This document shows positions 11,146 to 26,042 of a stretch of 64,000 nucleotides of DNA, one piece after another. The notes beneath the pieces were generated by a model. That model saw nothing but the letters and a program-made list of their open reading frames with translations. It was not told the origin of the DNA and did no database searches. The DNA lies in contig OZ024760.1 in the NCBI GenBank assembly GCA_964016885.1, positions 33,108,001-33,172,000 of the forward strand, given 5' to 3'. The first letter of the stretch is position 1. The number at the start of each line of letters is the position of its first letter. The DNA comes from Eledone cirrhosa. Its lineage: Eukaryota. Both the position numbers and the translations under genes were made by a program.

Positions 11146-13836
11146 TAACTTTGAATAACTTTGAAATGTTTTGGCCAGTATTGGCCCAGGCCATGTCTAA
11201 CTTAATAGCACCACCTGGCGAAGTCTTTCAATTCAGGATTTGGGTACCATGGCCCATTCGAGAAGAGAATTACTGTTTGCGGAGACATATCCGGGTGTGG
11301 GTGGTTTGTCCGGGATTACTTGGAGGAATTTGTCCAAAGACTTCTTGAATTTTGTGTGGTCAGTTTCTGTTTTGACGTGTCCTGGTGTGATGTTGAAGAG
11401 AGCAGGGCCGATTGAGGTGAAATAATTGTGCCGTATTGTTGTTATGAGTTGCGATTTAGATTTTTGAATGGGACGGATAGCACGGGGCCCAAGCCTTGGG
11501 TGTATCTTGAAGGCGATGCCAACATCATTTGGGCAGTGATGATGGAACATTTTCCACATCATGCAGATAATATAACGCTCACGGCGACGTTGGAGTGAGT
11601 AAAGTTTCAGGTTTTCCAATCGACCCCAGTAGTCAAGGTCTGACATGCCATCTATCTTTTTCGTGATTGCCCTTTGAGGAGCTTCAAGTTTCATGATACT
11701 TTGTTTCGTGTGGGGAGACCACAGTGGACAACAGTATTCAAGGTGTGGTCGGGCGAAAGTAGAGAAGAGAAGGATAATGGTGCGGGAATCTCTCGACTGG
11801 AAGGTTCTGAGGATCCAGGAACACATTCTGCGGGCCATGTCAACTTTGCTGCTTATATGCGTGGTCCAGCTTATGTTGCTGTCCACGGTTACTCCCAAGT
11901 CTCTGATGTTGTTAGATGCCACGAGAGTTTCCCCGGAGGGAAGGGAGTACGGGAGTTTCAGAGCATCCTCTTTTCCAAAGTGGATCAGTTCGAATTTGTC
12001 TTCGTTCAGTAACATGTTGTTCTTTTCTGCCCATTGGGTAACAGCCAGTAGGTCTGACTGAAGGCTTATCCGGTCATCCACGCCATTGATGACCTTTTGG
12101 AGCTTGGAATCATCAGCGAAAATTTTAATGTTGCTGTGTTTGATGATGTCAGTGATGTCATTAATATAGATGATGAAGAGAAGTGGGCCCAACACAGTGC
12201 CTTGTGGGACTCCACTACTGACTTTGGCTGGGCTTGATTTGACTCCCTCAACTACAACATGTTGGGTTCTGTTTGACAGGAAGCTCTTGATCCACTGCAG
12301 CAGCTTTCCAGTGACACCAATATTGGACAGCTTTCTCAGTAGAATGTTATGATCAACCCTGTCAAAGGCCTTGCTGAAATCAAGGTAGATAACATCAGTG
12401 TTGGAACCCTCTCCCAAGGCTCTCAAAATGTCATCAAAGTGATGCAGTAGTTGCGTCAGGCAATCCCTTCCATTACGGAATCCATGCTGGTTGGAGTTCA
12501 GCATATTGTTACTCTCAAGGAAGTGGGTCATTCGCGATCTCACCACTCGCTCAAATACCTTAATGATATGAGAGGTGAGTGAGATTGGACGGTAATTCAC
12601 GGCAAGGGATTTGTTTCCCTTTTTGAAAACTGGGACAACAGACTGGGATAGAAGGTTTTCTGGCACATATCCAGCATCCAGTGAGTTCCGCCACAGATTG
12701 GCAAGAGGAGAAGCAAGTTGGTGTTGACACGCCTTCAAGACACAAGCAGGGAACCTATCGGGACCTACTGCTGAATTATGCTTGATTTCCTTTATTGCCG
12801 CCAAGACATCAGGGGCGCCAAACGTTATGTCCGATAAGGTGTAATGGGGAGTAACATCGCCGATACAGCCCAGATCGGCCATATCAGGATTGCTGAAAAC
12901 AGAGCAGTATTGTTTCTGCAGTATCTCACCCATGGTTTTAGCATTGTCTTGAAGAGTGCCATTTTCATCAATTAGAGGGCCAACAGTAGAGCCAGTGATT
13001 TTGTGTTTTTTTGCAAATGAAAAGAACACTTTGGGATTGAGTTTGATCTTCTCAATGGCCCAGGCCTCTTCAGCTCTTCTCTGATTGTTGATGAGGGACA
13101 TTATGTTGTTTTGGAGGTTATGTTTTTTAATCTCTAGTGATGAAATGGCAGTCAAGTTGATGTGTTGCTGCTGACAGTATTTCAGCTTGTTGATTTTTTT
13201 GTTCGTTCTCTTAATTTTTCTGATGAGTGTTTTTCTATTTCTAGGGATTCTGCTCTTAGATTTGTTTATAGTTCTTAATGGGGTGTGTTTAGCACATATG
13301 TTTGTAACAGTGTCCACAAATGTCTGCCAGGACTTTTTGATGTTAGTGGGTGTATGAGTGTGCGTGAAGGACCAGTCGACATGTGCAAGATCATGACTGA
13401 TCGCTTCCCAGTTTGCATTGTGGAAATCCATAGCGTCAAACGGATGGACAGGAGAAATGACATTGGGTTTGTATATTGGACGGTGGAAACTCAGATCACA
13501 GAGAACCATGTCATGATCAGAGAGTAGAGTTTTCTCCACTGCAATATTGTGGATATTGTCAGTGTGATTGCTGAAAATTAAGTCTAGGACGTTTTTGTGG
13601 CACCTCGTTGGTTCGAGCACTAGTTGGGATAGGAAGAAATCATCCATGAAGTCAAGAAGCGATTCCACAGCTTCCCTGTCAGAGGTTGAGGCAGAAGAAC
13701 CTGGTGGCAGGGTGTTTGTGGACCAGTCAACTCCGGGGAGGTTGAAGTCCCCCATCATTAAGATGTTGTCAGGGTGACACTCTTGGATGAAACACTTTAT
13801 GCTGTTGAGGCATTCCTTGAAGCATGGTACAGGCGT
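11146..13836 (-). mobile_element. Same CR1-like LINE, copy 3 (2.69 kb, 5'-truncated within the endonuclease)
   Basis: Near-identical to 4317-7006. Two tail units. The 5' junction AGGCGT|ATAT shows GT microhomology to the satellite. Confidence 0.95.
11233..13836 (-). pseudogene. 5'-truncated but uninterrupted ORF2 (C-terminal half of APE + full RT), copy 3
   Basis: TPVPCFKECL…GDFNLP…LLSDHDMV…RT motifs…VPKS*, with no stops or frameshifts. Confidence 0.9.
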
Positions 13837-16800
13837 ATATATGTACATGTATGTGTTTATATTTACATGTATGTGTATATAAGTACATGCATGTGTATAT
13901 AAGTACATGTATCTGTATATATATACATATATCTGTATATATGTACATGTATGTGTATATACGTACATGCATGTGTATATAAGTACATGTATGTGTATAT
14001 ATGTACATGAATGTGTATATATGTACATGTATCTGTATATATGTACATGTATGTGTATATAAGTACATGTATGTGTATATATGTACATGTATGTGTATAT
14101 ATGTACATGTATGTGTATATATGTACATGTATGTGTATATAGGTACATGTGTGTGTATATATGTACATGTATGTGTATATAAGTACATGTATGTGTATAT
14201 ATGTACATGTATGTGTATATAAGTACATGTATGTGTATATATGTACATGTATGTGTATATATGTACATGTATGTGTATATATGTACATGTATGTGTATAT
14301 AAGTACATGTATGTGCATATATGTACATGTATGTGTATATATGTACATGTATGTGTATATATGTACATGTATGTGTATATATGTACATGTATCTGTATAT
14401 ATGTACATGTATGTGTGTATATAAGTACATGTATGTGTATATATGTACATGTATGTGTATATATGTACATGTATGTGTATATATGTACATGTATGTGTAT
14501 ATAGGTACATGTGTGTGTATATATGTACATGTATGTGTATATAAGTACATGTATGTGTATATATGTACATGTATGTGTATATATGTACATGTATGTGTAT
14601 ATATGTACATGTATGTGTATATAGGTACATGTATGTGCATATATGTACATGTATGTGTATATATGTACATGTATGTGTATATAAGTACATGTATGTGTAT
14701 ATATGTACATGTATGTGTATATAAATACATGTATGTGTATATAAGTACATGTATGTGTATATATGTACATGTATGTGTATATAAGTACATGTATGTGTAT
14801 ATATGTACATGTATGTGCATATATGTACATGTATGTGTATATATGTACATGTATGTGTATATAAGTACATGTATGTGTATATATGTACATGTTTGTGCAT
14901 ATATGTACATGTATGTGTATATATGTACATGTATGTGTATATATGTACATGTATGTGTATATATGTACATGCATTTGTATATATGTACATGTATGTGTAT
15001 ATAAGTACATGTATGTGTATATATGTACATGTATGTGTATATATGTACATGTATGTGTATATGTACATGTATGTGTATATAAGTACATGTATGTGTATAT
15101 AAGTACATGTATGTGTATATATGTACATGTATGTGTATATATGTACATGTATGTGCATATATGTACATGTATGTGTATATATGTACATGTATGTGTATAT
15201 AAGTACATGTATGTGTATATAAGTACATGTATGTGTATATATGTACATGTATGTGTATATATGTACATGTATGTGCATATATGTACATGTATGTGTATAT
15301 ATGTACATGTATGTGTATATACGTACATGTATGTGTATATATGTACATGTATGTGTATATATGTACATGTATTTGTATATATGTACATGTATGAGTATAT
15401 AAGTACATGTATGTGTATATATGTACATGTATCTGTATATATGTACATGTATGTGTATATAAGTACATGTATGTGTATATAAGTACATGTATGTGTGTAT
15501 ATGTACATGTATGTGTATATATGTACATGTATGTGTATATAAGTACATGTATGTGTATATATGTACATGTATGTGTATATATGTACATGTATGTGTATAT
15601 ATGTACATGTATGTGTATATAAGTACATATATGTGCATATATGTACATGTATGTGTATATATGTACATGTATGTGTATATATGTACATGTATTTGTATAT
15701 ATGTACATGTATGAGTATATAAGTACATGTATGTGTATATATGTACATGTATCTGTATATATGTACATGTATGTGTATATAAGTACATGTATGTGTATAT
15801 AAGTAAATGTATGAGTGTATATGTACATGTATGTGTATATATGTACATGTATGTGTATATATGTACATGTATGTGTATATATGTGCATGTATGAGTATAT
15901 ATGTACATGTATGTGTATATATGTATATGTATGTGTATATATGTACATGTATGTGTATATATGTACATGTATGTGTATATAGGTACATGTGTGTGTATAT
16001 ATGTACATGTATGTGTATATAAGTACATGTATGTGTATATATGTACATGTATGTGTATATAAGTACATGTATGTGTATATATGTACATGTATGTGTATAT
16101 ATGTACATGTATGTGTATATATGTACATGTATGTGTATATAAGTACATGTATGTGCATATATGTACATGTATGTGTATATATGTACATGTATGTGTATAT
16201 ATGTACATGTATGTGTATATATGTACATGTATCTGTATATATGTACATGTATGTGTGTATATAAGTACATGTATGTGTATATATGTACATGTATGTGTAT
16301 ATATGTACATGTATGTGTATATATGTACATGTATGTGTATATAGGTACATGTGTGTGTATATATGTACATGTATGTGTATATAAGTACATGTATGTGTAT
16401 ATATGTACATGTATGTGTATATATGTACATGTATGTGTATATATGTACATGTATGTGTATATAGGTACATGTATGTGCATATATGTACATGTATGTGTAT
16501 ATATGTACATGTATGTGTATATAAGTACATGTATGTGTATATATGTACATGTATGTGTATATAAATACATGTATGTGTATATAAGTACATGTATGTGTAT
16601 ATATGTACATGTATGTGTATATATGTACATGTATGTGTATATAAGTTCATGTATGTGTATATAAGTACATGTATGTGTATATATGTACATGTATGTGTAT
16701 ATATGTACATGTATGTGTATATATGTACATGTATGTGTATATAAGTACATGTATGTGTATATATGTACATGTATGTGTATATATGTACATGTATGTGTGT

Positions 16801-19800
16801 ATATGTACATGTATGTGTATATATGTACATGTATGTGTATATAAGTACATGTATGTGTATATATGTACATGTATGTGTATATATGTACATGTATGTGTAT
16901 ATATGTACATGTATGTGTATATAAGTAGATGTATGTGTATATATGTACATGTATGTGCATATATGTACATGTATGTGTATATATGTACATGTATGTGTAT
17001 ATAAGTACATGTATGTGTATATATGTACATGTTTGTGCCTATATGTACATGTATGTGTATATATGTACATGTATGTGTATATAAGTTCATGTATGTGTAT
17101 ATAAGTACATGTATGTGTATATATGTACATGTATGTGTATATATGTACATGTGTGTATATATGTACATGTATGTGTATATATGTACATGTATGTGTATAT
17201 ATGTACATGTATGTGTATATAAGTACATGTATGTGTATATATATGTACATGTATGTGTATATAAGTACATGTATGTGTATATATGTACATGTATGTGTAT
17301 ATATGTACATGTATGTGTTTATATTTACATGTATGTGTATATAAGTACATGCATGTGTATATAAGTACATGTATCTGTATATATATACATATATCTGTAT
17401 ATATGTACATGTATGTGTATATACGTACATGCATGTGTATATAAGTACATGTATGTGTATATATGTACATGAATGTGTATATATGTACATGTATCTGTAT
17501 ATATGTACATGTATGTGTATATAAGTACATGTATGTGTATATATGTACATGTATGTGTATATATGTACATGTATGTGTATATATGTACATGTATGTGTAT
17601 ATAGGTACATGTGTGTGTATATATGTACATGTATGTGTATATAAGTACATGTATGTGTATATATGTACATGTATGTGTATATAAGTACATGTATGTGTAT
17701 ATATGTACATGTATGTGTATATATGTACATGTATGTGTATATATGTACATGTATGTGTATATAAGTACATGTATGTGCATATATGTACATGTATGTGTAT
17801 ATATGTACATGTATGTGTATATATGTACATGTATGTGTATATATGTACATGTATCTGTATATATGTACATGTATGTGTGTATATAAGTACATGTATGTGT
17901 ATATATGTACATGTATGTGTATATATGTACATGTATGTGTATATATGTACATGTATGTGTATATAGGTACATGTGTGTGTATATATGTACATGTATGTGT
18001 ATATAAGTACATGTATGTGTATATATGTACATGTATGTGTATATATGTACATGTATGTGTATATATGTACATGTATGTGTATATAGGTACATGTATGTGC
18101 ATATATGTACATGTATGTGTATATATGTACATGTACGTGTATATAAGTACATGTATGTGTATATATGTACATGTATGTGTATATAAATACATGTATGTGT
18201 ATATAAGTACATGTATGTGTATATATGTACATGTATGTGTATATATGTACATGTATGTGTATATATGTACATGTATGTGTATATAAGTTCATGTATGTAT
18301 ATATAAGTACATGTATGTGTATATATGTACATGTATGTGTATATATGTACATGTATGTGTATATATGTACATGTATGTGTATATAAGTACATGTATGTGT
18401 ATATATGTACATGTATGTGTATATATGTACATGTATGTGTGTATATGTACATGTATGTGTATATATGTACATGTATGTGTATATAAGTACATGCATGTGT
18501 ATATATGTACATGTATGTGTATATATGTACATGTATGTGTATATATGTACATGTATGTGTATATAAGTACATGTATGTGTATATATGTACATGTATGTGC
18601 ATATATGTACATGTATGTGTATATATGTACATGTATGTGTATATAAGTACATGTATGTGTATATATGTACATGTTTGTGCATATATGTACATGTATGTGT
18701 ATATATGTACATGTATGTGTATATATGTACATGTATGTGTATATATGTACATGTATTTGTATATATGTACATGTATGAGTATATAAGTACATGTATGTGT
18801 ATATATGTACATGTATGTGTATATATGTACATGTATGTGTATATAAGTACATGTATGTGTATATATGTACATGTATGTGTATATATGTACATGTATGTGT
18901 ATATATGTACATGTATGTGTATATATGTACATGTATGTGTATATATGTACATGTACGTGTATATATGTACATGTATGTGTATATATGTACATGTAAGTGT
19001 ATATAAGTACATGTATGTGTATATATGTACATGTATGTGTATATATGTACATGTATGTGTTTATATTTACATGTATGTGTATATAAGTACATGCATGTGT
19101 ATATAAGTACATGTATCTGTATATATATACATATATCTGTATATATGTACATGTATGTGTATATATGTACATGTATGTGTATATATGTACATGTATGTGT
19201 ATATAAGTACATGTATGTGTATATATGTACATGTATGTGCATATATGTACATGTATGTGTATATATGTACATGTATGTGTATATAAGTACCTGTATGTGT
19301 ATATATGTACATGTTTGTGCATATATGTACATGTATGTGTATATATGTACATGTATGTGTATATATGTACATGTATGTGTATATATGTACATGCATTTGT
19401 ATATATGTACATGTATGTGTATATAAGTACATGTATGTGTATATATGTACATGTATGTGTATATATGTACATGTATGTGTATATGTACATGTATGTGTAT
19501 ATAAGTACATGTATGTGTATATAAGTACATGTATGTGTATATATGTACATGTATGTGTATATATGTACATGTATGTGCATATATGTACATGTATGTGTAT
19601 ATATGTACATGTATGTGTATATATGTACATGTATGTGTATATATGTACATGTATGTGTATATATGTACATGTATGTGTATATATGTACATGTATTTGTAT
19701 ATATGTACATGTATGAGTATATAAGTACATGTATGTGTATATATGTACATGTATCTGTATATATGTACATGTATGTGTATATAAGTACATGTATGTGTAT

Positions 19801-22800
19801 ATAAGTACATGTATGTGTGTATATGTACATGTATGTGTATATATGTACATGTATTTGTATATATGTACATGTATGAGTATATAAGTACATGTATGTGTAT
19901 ATATGTACATGTATCTGTATATATGTACATGTATGAGTATATAAGTACATGTATGTGTATATATGTACATGTATCTGTATATATGTACATGTATGTGTAT
20001 ATAAGTACATGTATGTGTATATAAGTACATGTATGTGTGTATATGTACATGTATGTGTATATATGTACATGTATGTGTATATATGTACATGTATGTGTAT
20101 ATATGTACATGTATGAGTATATATGTACATGTATGTGTATATATGTATATGTATGTGTATATATGTACATGTATGTGTATATATGTACATGTATGTGTAT
20201 ATAGGTACATGTGTGTGTATATATGTACATGTATGTGTATATAAGTACATGTATGTGTATATATGTACATGTATGTGTATATATGTACATGTATGTGTAT
20301 ATAAGTACATGTATGTGTATATAGGTACATGTATGTGCATATATGTACATGTATGTGTATATATGTACATGTATGTGTATATAAGTACATGTGTGTGTAT
20401 ATATGTACATGTATGTGTATATAAGTACATGTATGTGTATATATGTACATGTATGTGTATATATGTACATGTATGTGTATATATGTACATGTATGTGTAT
20501 ATAAGTACATGTATGTGCATATATGTACATGTATGTGTATATATGTACATGTATGTGTATATATGTACATGTATGTGTATATATGTACATGTATCTGTAT
20601 ATATGTACATGTATGTGTGTATATAAGTACATGTATGTGTATATATGTACATGTATGTGTATATATGTACATGTATGTGTATATATGTACATGTATGTGT
20701 ATATAGGTACATGTGTGTGTATATATGTACATGTATGTGTATATAAGTACATGTATGTGTATATATGTACATGTATGTGTATATATGTACATGTATGTGT
20801 ATATATGTACATGTATGTGTATATAGGTACATGTATGTGCATATATGTACATGTATGTGTATATATGTACATGTATGTGTATATAAGTACATGTATGTGT
20901 ATATATGTACATGTATGTGTATATAAATACATGTATGTGTATATAAGTACATGTATGTGTATATATGTACATGTATGTGTATATATGTACATGTATGTGT
21001 ATATAAGTTCATGTATGTGTATATAAGTACATGTATGTGTATATATGTACATGTATGTGTTTATATGTACATGTATGTGTATATATGTACATGTATGTGT
21101 ATATAAGTACATGTATGTGTATATATGTACATGTATGTGTATATATGTACATGTATGTGTGTATATGTACATGTATGTGTATATATGTACATGTATGTGT
21201 ATATAAGTACATGTATGTGTATATATGTACATGTATGTGTATATATGTACATGTATGTGTATATATGTACATGTATGTGTATATAAGTAGATGTATGTGT
21301 ATATAAGTACATGTATGTGTATATATGTACATGTATGTGTATATAAGTACATGTATGTGTATATATGTACATGTATGTGTATATATGTACATGTATGTGT
21401 ATATAAGTTCATGTATGTGTATATAAGTACATGTATGTGTATATATGTACATGTATGTGTATATATGTACATGTATGTGTATATATGTACATGTATGTGT
21501 ATATAAGTACATGTATGTGTATATATGTACATGTATGTGTATATATGTACATGTATGTGTGTATATGTACATGTATGTGTATATATGTACATGTATGTGT
21601 ATATAAGTACATGTATGTGTATATATGTACATGTACGTGTATATATGTACATGTATGTGTATATATGTACATGTATGTGTATATATGTACATGTATGTGT
21701 ATATATGTACATGTATGTGTATATATGTACATGTATGTGTATATAAGTACATGTATGTGTATATATATGTACATGTATGTGTATATAAGTACATGTATGT
21801 GTATATATGTACATGTATGTGTATATATGTACATGTATGTGTTTATATTTACATGTATGTGTATATAAGTACATGCATGTGTATATAAGTACATGTATCT
21901 GTATATATATACATATATCTGTACATATGTACATGTATGTGTATATACGAACATGCATGTGTATATAAGTACATGTATGTGTATATATGTACATGAATGT
22001 GTATATATGTACATGTATCTGTATATATGTACATGTATGTGTATATAAGTACATGTATGTGTATATATGTACATGTATGTGTATATATGTACATGTATGT
22101 GTATATATGTACATGTATGTGTATATAGGTACATGTGTGTGTATATATGTACATGTATGTGTATATAAGTACATGTATGTGTATATATGTACATGTATGT
22201 GTATATAAGTACATGTATGTGTATATATGTACATGTATGTGTATATATGTACATGTATGTGTATATATGTACATGTATGTGTATATAAGTACATGTATGT
22301 GCATATATGTACATGTATGTGTATATATGTACATGTATGTGTATATATGTACATGTATGTGTATATATGTACATGTATGTGTATATATGTACATGTATGT
22401 GTATATAGGTACATGTATGTGCATATATGTACATGTATGTGTATATATGTACATGTATGTGTATATAAGTACATGTATGTGTATATATGTACATGTATGT
22501 GTATATAAATACATGTATGTGTATATAAGTACATGTATGTGTATATATGTCCATGTATGTGTATATATGTACATGTATGTGTATATATGTACATGTATGT
22601 GTATATAAGTTCATGTATGTGTATATAAGTACATGTATGTGTATATATGTACATGTATGTGTATATATGTACATGTATGTGTATATATGTACATGTATGT
22701 GTATATAAGTACATGTATGTGTATATATGTACATGTATGTGTGTATATGTACATGTATGTGTATATATGTACATGTATGTGTATATAAGTACATGTATGT

Positions 22801-24906
22801 GTATATATGTACATGTATGTGTATATATGTACATGTATGTGTATATATGTACATGTATGTGTATATAAGTACATGTATGTGTATATATGTACATGTATGT
22901 GCATATATGTACATGTATGTGTATATATGTACATGTATGTGTATATAAGTACATGTATGTGTATATATGTACATGTTTGTGCATATATGTACATGTATGT
23001 GTATATATGTACATGTATGTGTATATATGTACATGTATGTTTATATATGTACATGTATTTGTATATATGTACATGTATGAGTATATAAGTACATGTATGT
23101 GTATATATGTACATGTATGTGTATATATGTACATGTATGTGTATATAAGTACATGTATGTGTATATATGTACATGTATGTGTATATATGTACATGTATGT
23201 GTATATATGTACATGTATGTGTATATATGTACATGTATGTGTATATATGTACATGTACGTGTATATATGTACATGTATGTGTATATATGTACATGTATGT
23301 GTATATAAGTACATGTATGTGTATATATGTACATGTATGTGTATATATGTACATGTATGTGTTTATATTTACATGTATGTGTATATAAGTACATGCATGT
23401 GTATATAAGTACATGTATCTGTATATATATACATATATCTGTATATATGTACATGTATGTGTATATATGTACATGTATGTGTATATATGTACATGTATGT
23501 GTATATAAGTACATGTATGTGTATATATGTACATGTATGTGCATATATGTACATGTATGTGTATATATGTACATGTATGTGTATATAAGTACATGTATGT
23601 GTATATATGTACATGTTTGTGCATATATGTACATGTATGTGTATATATGTACATGTATGTGTATATATGTACATGTATGTGTATATATGTACATGCATTT
23701 GTATATATGTACATGTATGTGTATATAAGTACATGTATGTGTATATATGTACATGTATGTGTATATATGTACATGTATGTGTATATGTACATGTATGTGT
23801 ATATAAGTACATGTATGTGTATATAAGTACATGTATGTGTATATATGTACATGTATGTGTATATATGTACATGTATGTGCATATATGTACATGTATGTGT
23901 ATATATGTACATGTATGTGTATATATGTACATGTATGTGTATATATGTACATGTATGTGTATATATGTACATGTATGTGTATATATGTACATGTATTTGT
24001 ATATATGTACATGTATGAGTATATAAGTACATGTATGTGTATATATGTACATGTATCTGTATATATGTACATGTATGTGTATATAAGTACATGTATGTGT
24101 ATATAAGTACATGTATGTGTGTATATGTACATGTATGTGTATATATGTACATGTATGTGTATATAAGTACATGTATGTGTATATATGTACATGTATGTGT
24201 ATATATGTACATGTATGTGTATATATGTACATGTATGTGTATATAAGTACATATATGTGCATATATGTACATGTATGTGTATATATGTACATGTATGTGT
24301 ATATATGTACATGTATTTGTATATATGTACATGTATGAGTATATAAGTACATGTATGTGTATATATGTACATGTATCTGTATATATGTACATGTATGTGT
24401 ATATAAGTACATGTATGTGTATATAAGTACATGTATGTGTGTATATGTACATGTATGTGTATATATGTACATGTATGTGTATATATGTACATGTATGTGT
24501 ATATATGTACATGTATGAGTATATATGTACATGTATGTGTATATATGTATATGTATGTGTATATATGTACATGTATGTGTATATATGTACATGTATCTGT
24601 ATATATGTACATGTATCTGTATATATGTACATGTATGTGTATATATGTACATGTATGTGTATATATGTACATGTATCTGTATATATGTACATGTATGTGT
24701 ATATATGTACATGTATGTGCATATATGTACATGTATGTATATATATGTACATGTATGTGTATATATGTACATGTATGTGTATATATGTACATGTATGTGT
24801 GTATATGTACATGTACATGTATGTGTATATATGTACATGTATGTGTATATATGTACATATGTATACGTATGTGCATATATGTGCATATATGTACATATAT
24901 ATGCAT

Positions 24907-25664
24907 ATCATCATCATCATCTTCTTTTAAAGTATATTTTCCTCATTAGCATGGGTTAGATGGGGGTTGTCCCACTTAAGGCAAGTTTGGTCGGTTTTCC
25001 ATGGCTGGATACCCTTCCTAACACCAACCACATTTACAGTGTGGAACTGGGAACTTTTTACCGTGTTACCTACACGACCACATTACAGCGTGGACTGTGT
25101 GTTTTTTTGTCTGACACCTACACGATCTTGATCTCCGTATCTCACTTATTTGGACTGGATGTGGTGGTACCAACTTTACAGAGAGAGGGTTTTGTAGGTG
25201 GGAGGATGTAGTAGGGGTAGTGGATTGGGGTGATTATTTGGTTAAGAGGTGCCTACTGACTGTAGGTTTCGCTTTGTTCATAGGCAAGGCAGGTGTTCTG
25301 TATTACTGCGTAGCGCCAAAGATCTCGGTCCAGTGACATTGTCTTAGAGAGGTGCAAGTGTGTGAGGTCGGAATTTATCAGATCGTCCCAGGTTTCTCTG
25401 GGTCTACCTACTCCGTAACTACCATCAATTTTGATCGCCCTGCACTTTTTTATACAGCTGTCGTCTTTCATGGGCATCACGTGACCATACCAAAGTAGTC
25501 TTCTCTCAAGTAAACAACATCTGTTCCCTCTTATTCGTAATTTCTCACTTAGTTCATTTATGCTTTGCCGTTCACGTATATTACTATTACACATCCAGCG
25601 GAGCATGCAAGTTTCGTTCCTCTCCAGCCTGCGCAGGTCCTCTGCACACAATGCCCAGGTCTCA
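24907..25664 (-). mobile_element. RTE-clade LINE 3' fragment (copy C), same family as 1-818, inverted
   Basis: ETWALCAEDLRRLERNETCMLRWMCNSNIRERQS…LWYGHVM…GRPRETWDDLINSDL… The (GAT)n tail is seen as (ATC)n at 24907-24921 and abuts the 20-bp satellite. Confidence 0.88.
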
Positions 25665-25935
25665 TGCATATATGTGCATTTAAGTATGTATGTACATACA
25701 TGTATGTATGTGCATATATATATATATATATATGTACATATATGTGTATGTATGTGCATATATGTACTTGTGTATATATGTGTACATATGCACAAGCATA
25801 TTCATGTATCTGCACATGTATGCATTTATATTCATGCATGTGTACACATCTACATGTATGTGCACATATACACATGTGTGTGCATATATATGCACATATG
25901 CTCATATCTGCACATATGTGTGTAAGTATATATAA
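25665..25935. repeat. Degenerate TA/TG/CA low-complexity tract
   Basis: Irregular ATGTGCATAT/TGTACAT motifs, read directly. Confidence 0.8.
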
Positions 25936-26042
25936 ATGAGTGTGTGTTTCTATGTCAGTTATTTACTACGTATGCACTACCTGAGGGTGTATAGCTATGG
26001 GAATGTATATCTGTGTATATATATATATACTTTTATATTATA

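Larger units (their letters stand above)
3358..24906. repeat. 20-bp satellite array (consensus GTATGTGTATATATGTACAT), interrupted by three LINE copies
   Basis: Segments 3358-4306, 8541-9452, 10781-11145 and 13837-24906. The consensus strictly alternates purine and pyrimidine and contains overlapping palindromes ATGTACAT and TACATGTA. The common variant is TATAAG for TATATG. Confidence 0.98.

Noticed and set aside
3358-13836. Telomeric retrotransposon array (HeT-A/TART- or TRAS/SART-like chromosome end)
   Set aside because: No TTAGGG/TTAGG repeats, and ordinary interspersed-repeat DNA continues on both sides, so the site is internal.
4307-13836. Three LINE copies as a simple tandem segmental duplication
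   Set aside because: The different 5' ends, 3' junctions and tail numbers, the private SNPs and the satellite phase continuity across copy 2 favour independent insertions.
11233-18252. 2339-aa ORF fusing a ([20 protein letters not shown])n repeat to APE-RT
   Set aside because: The satellite's minus strand lacks stops in all frames, so any truncated ORF2 inserted in this orientation appears fused. The same applies to 9540-11144. Not evidence of a real protein.
13769-24959. Dozens of long Y/I/H/T/M/C/V-rich ORFs on both strands
   Set aside because: These are translations of the 20-bp satellite and TA microsatellites.
1-25664. Giant DNA transposon with RTE copies A and C as terminal inverted repeats
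   Set aside because: The two are diverged, independently truncated LINE fragments with their own tails. No transposase or shared terminus is visible.
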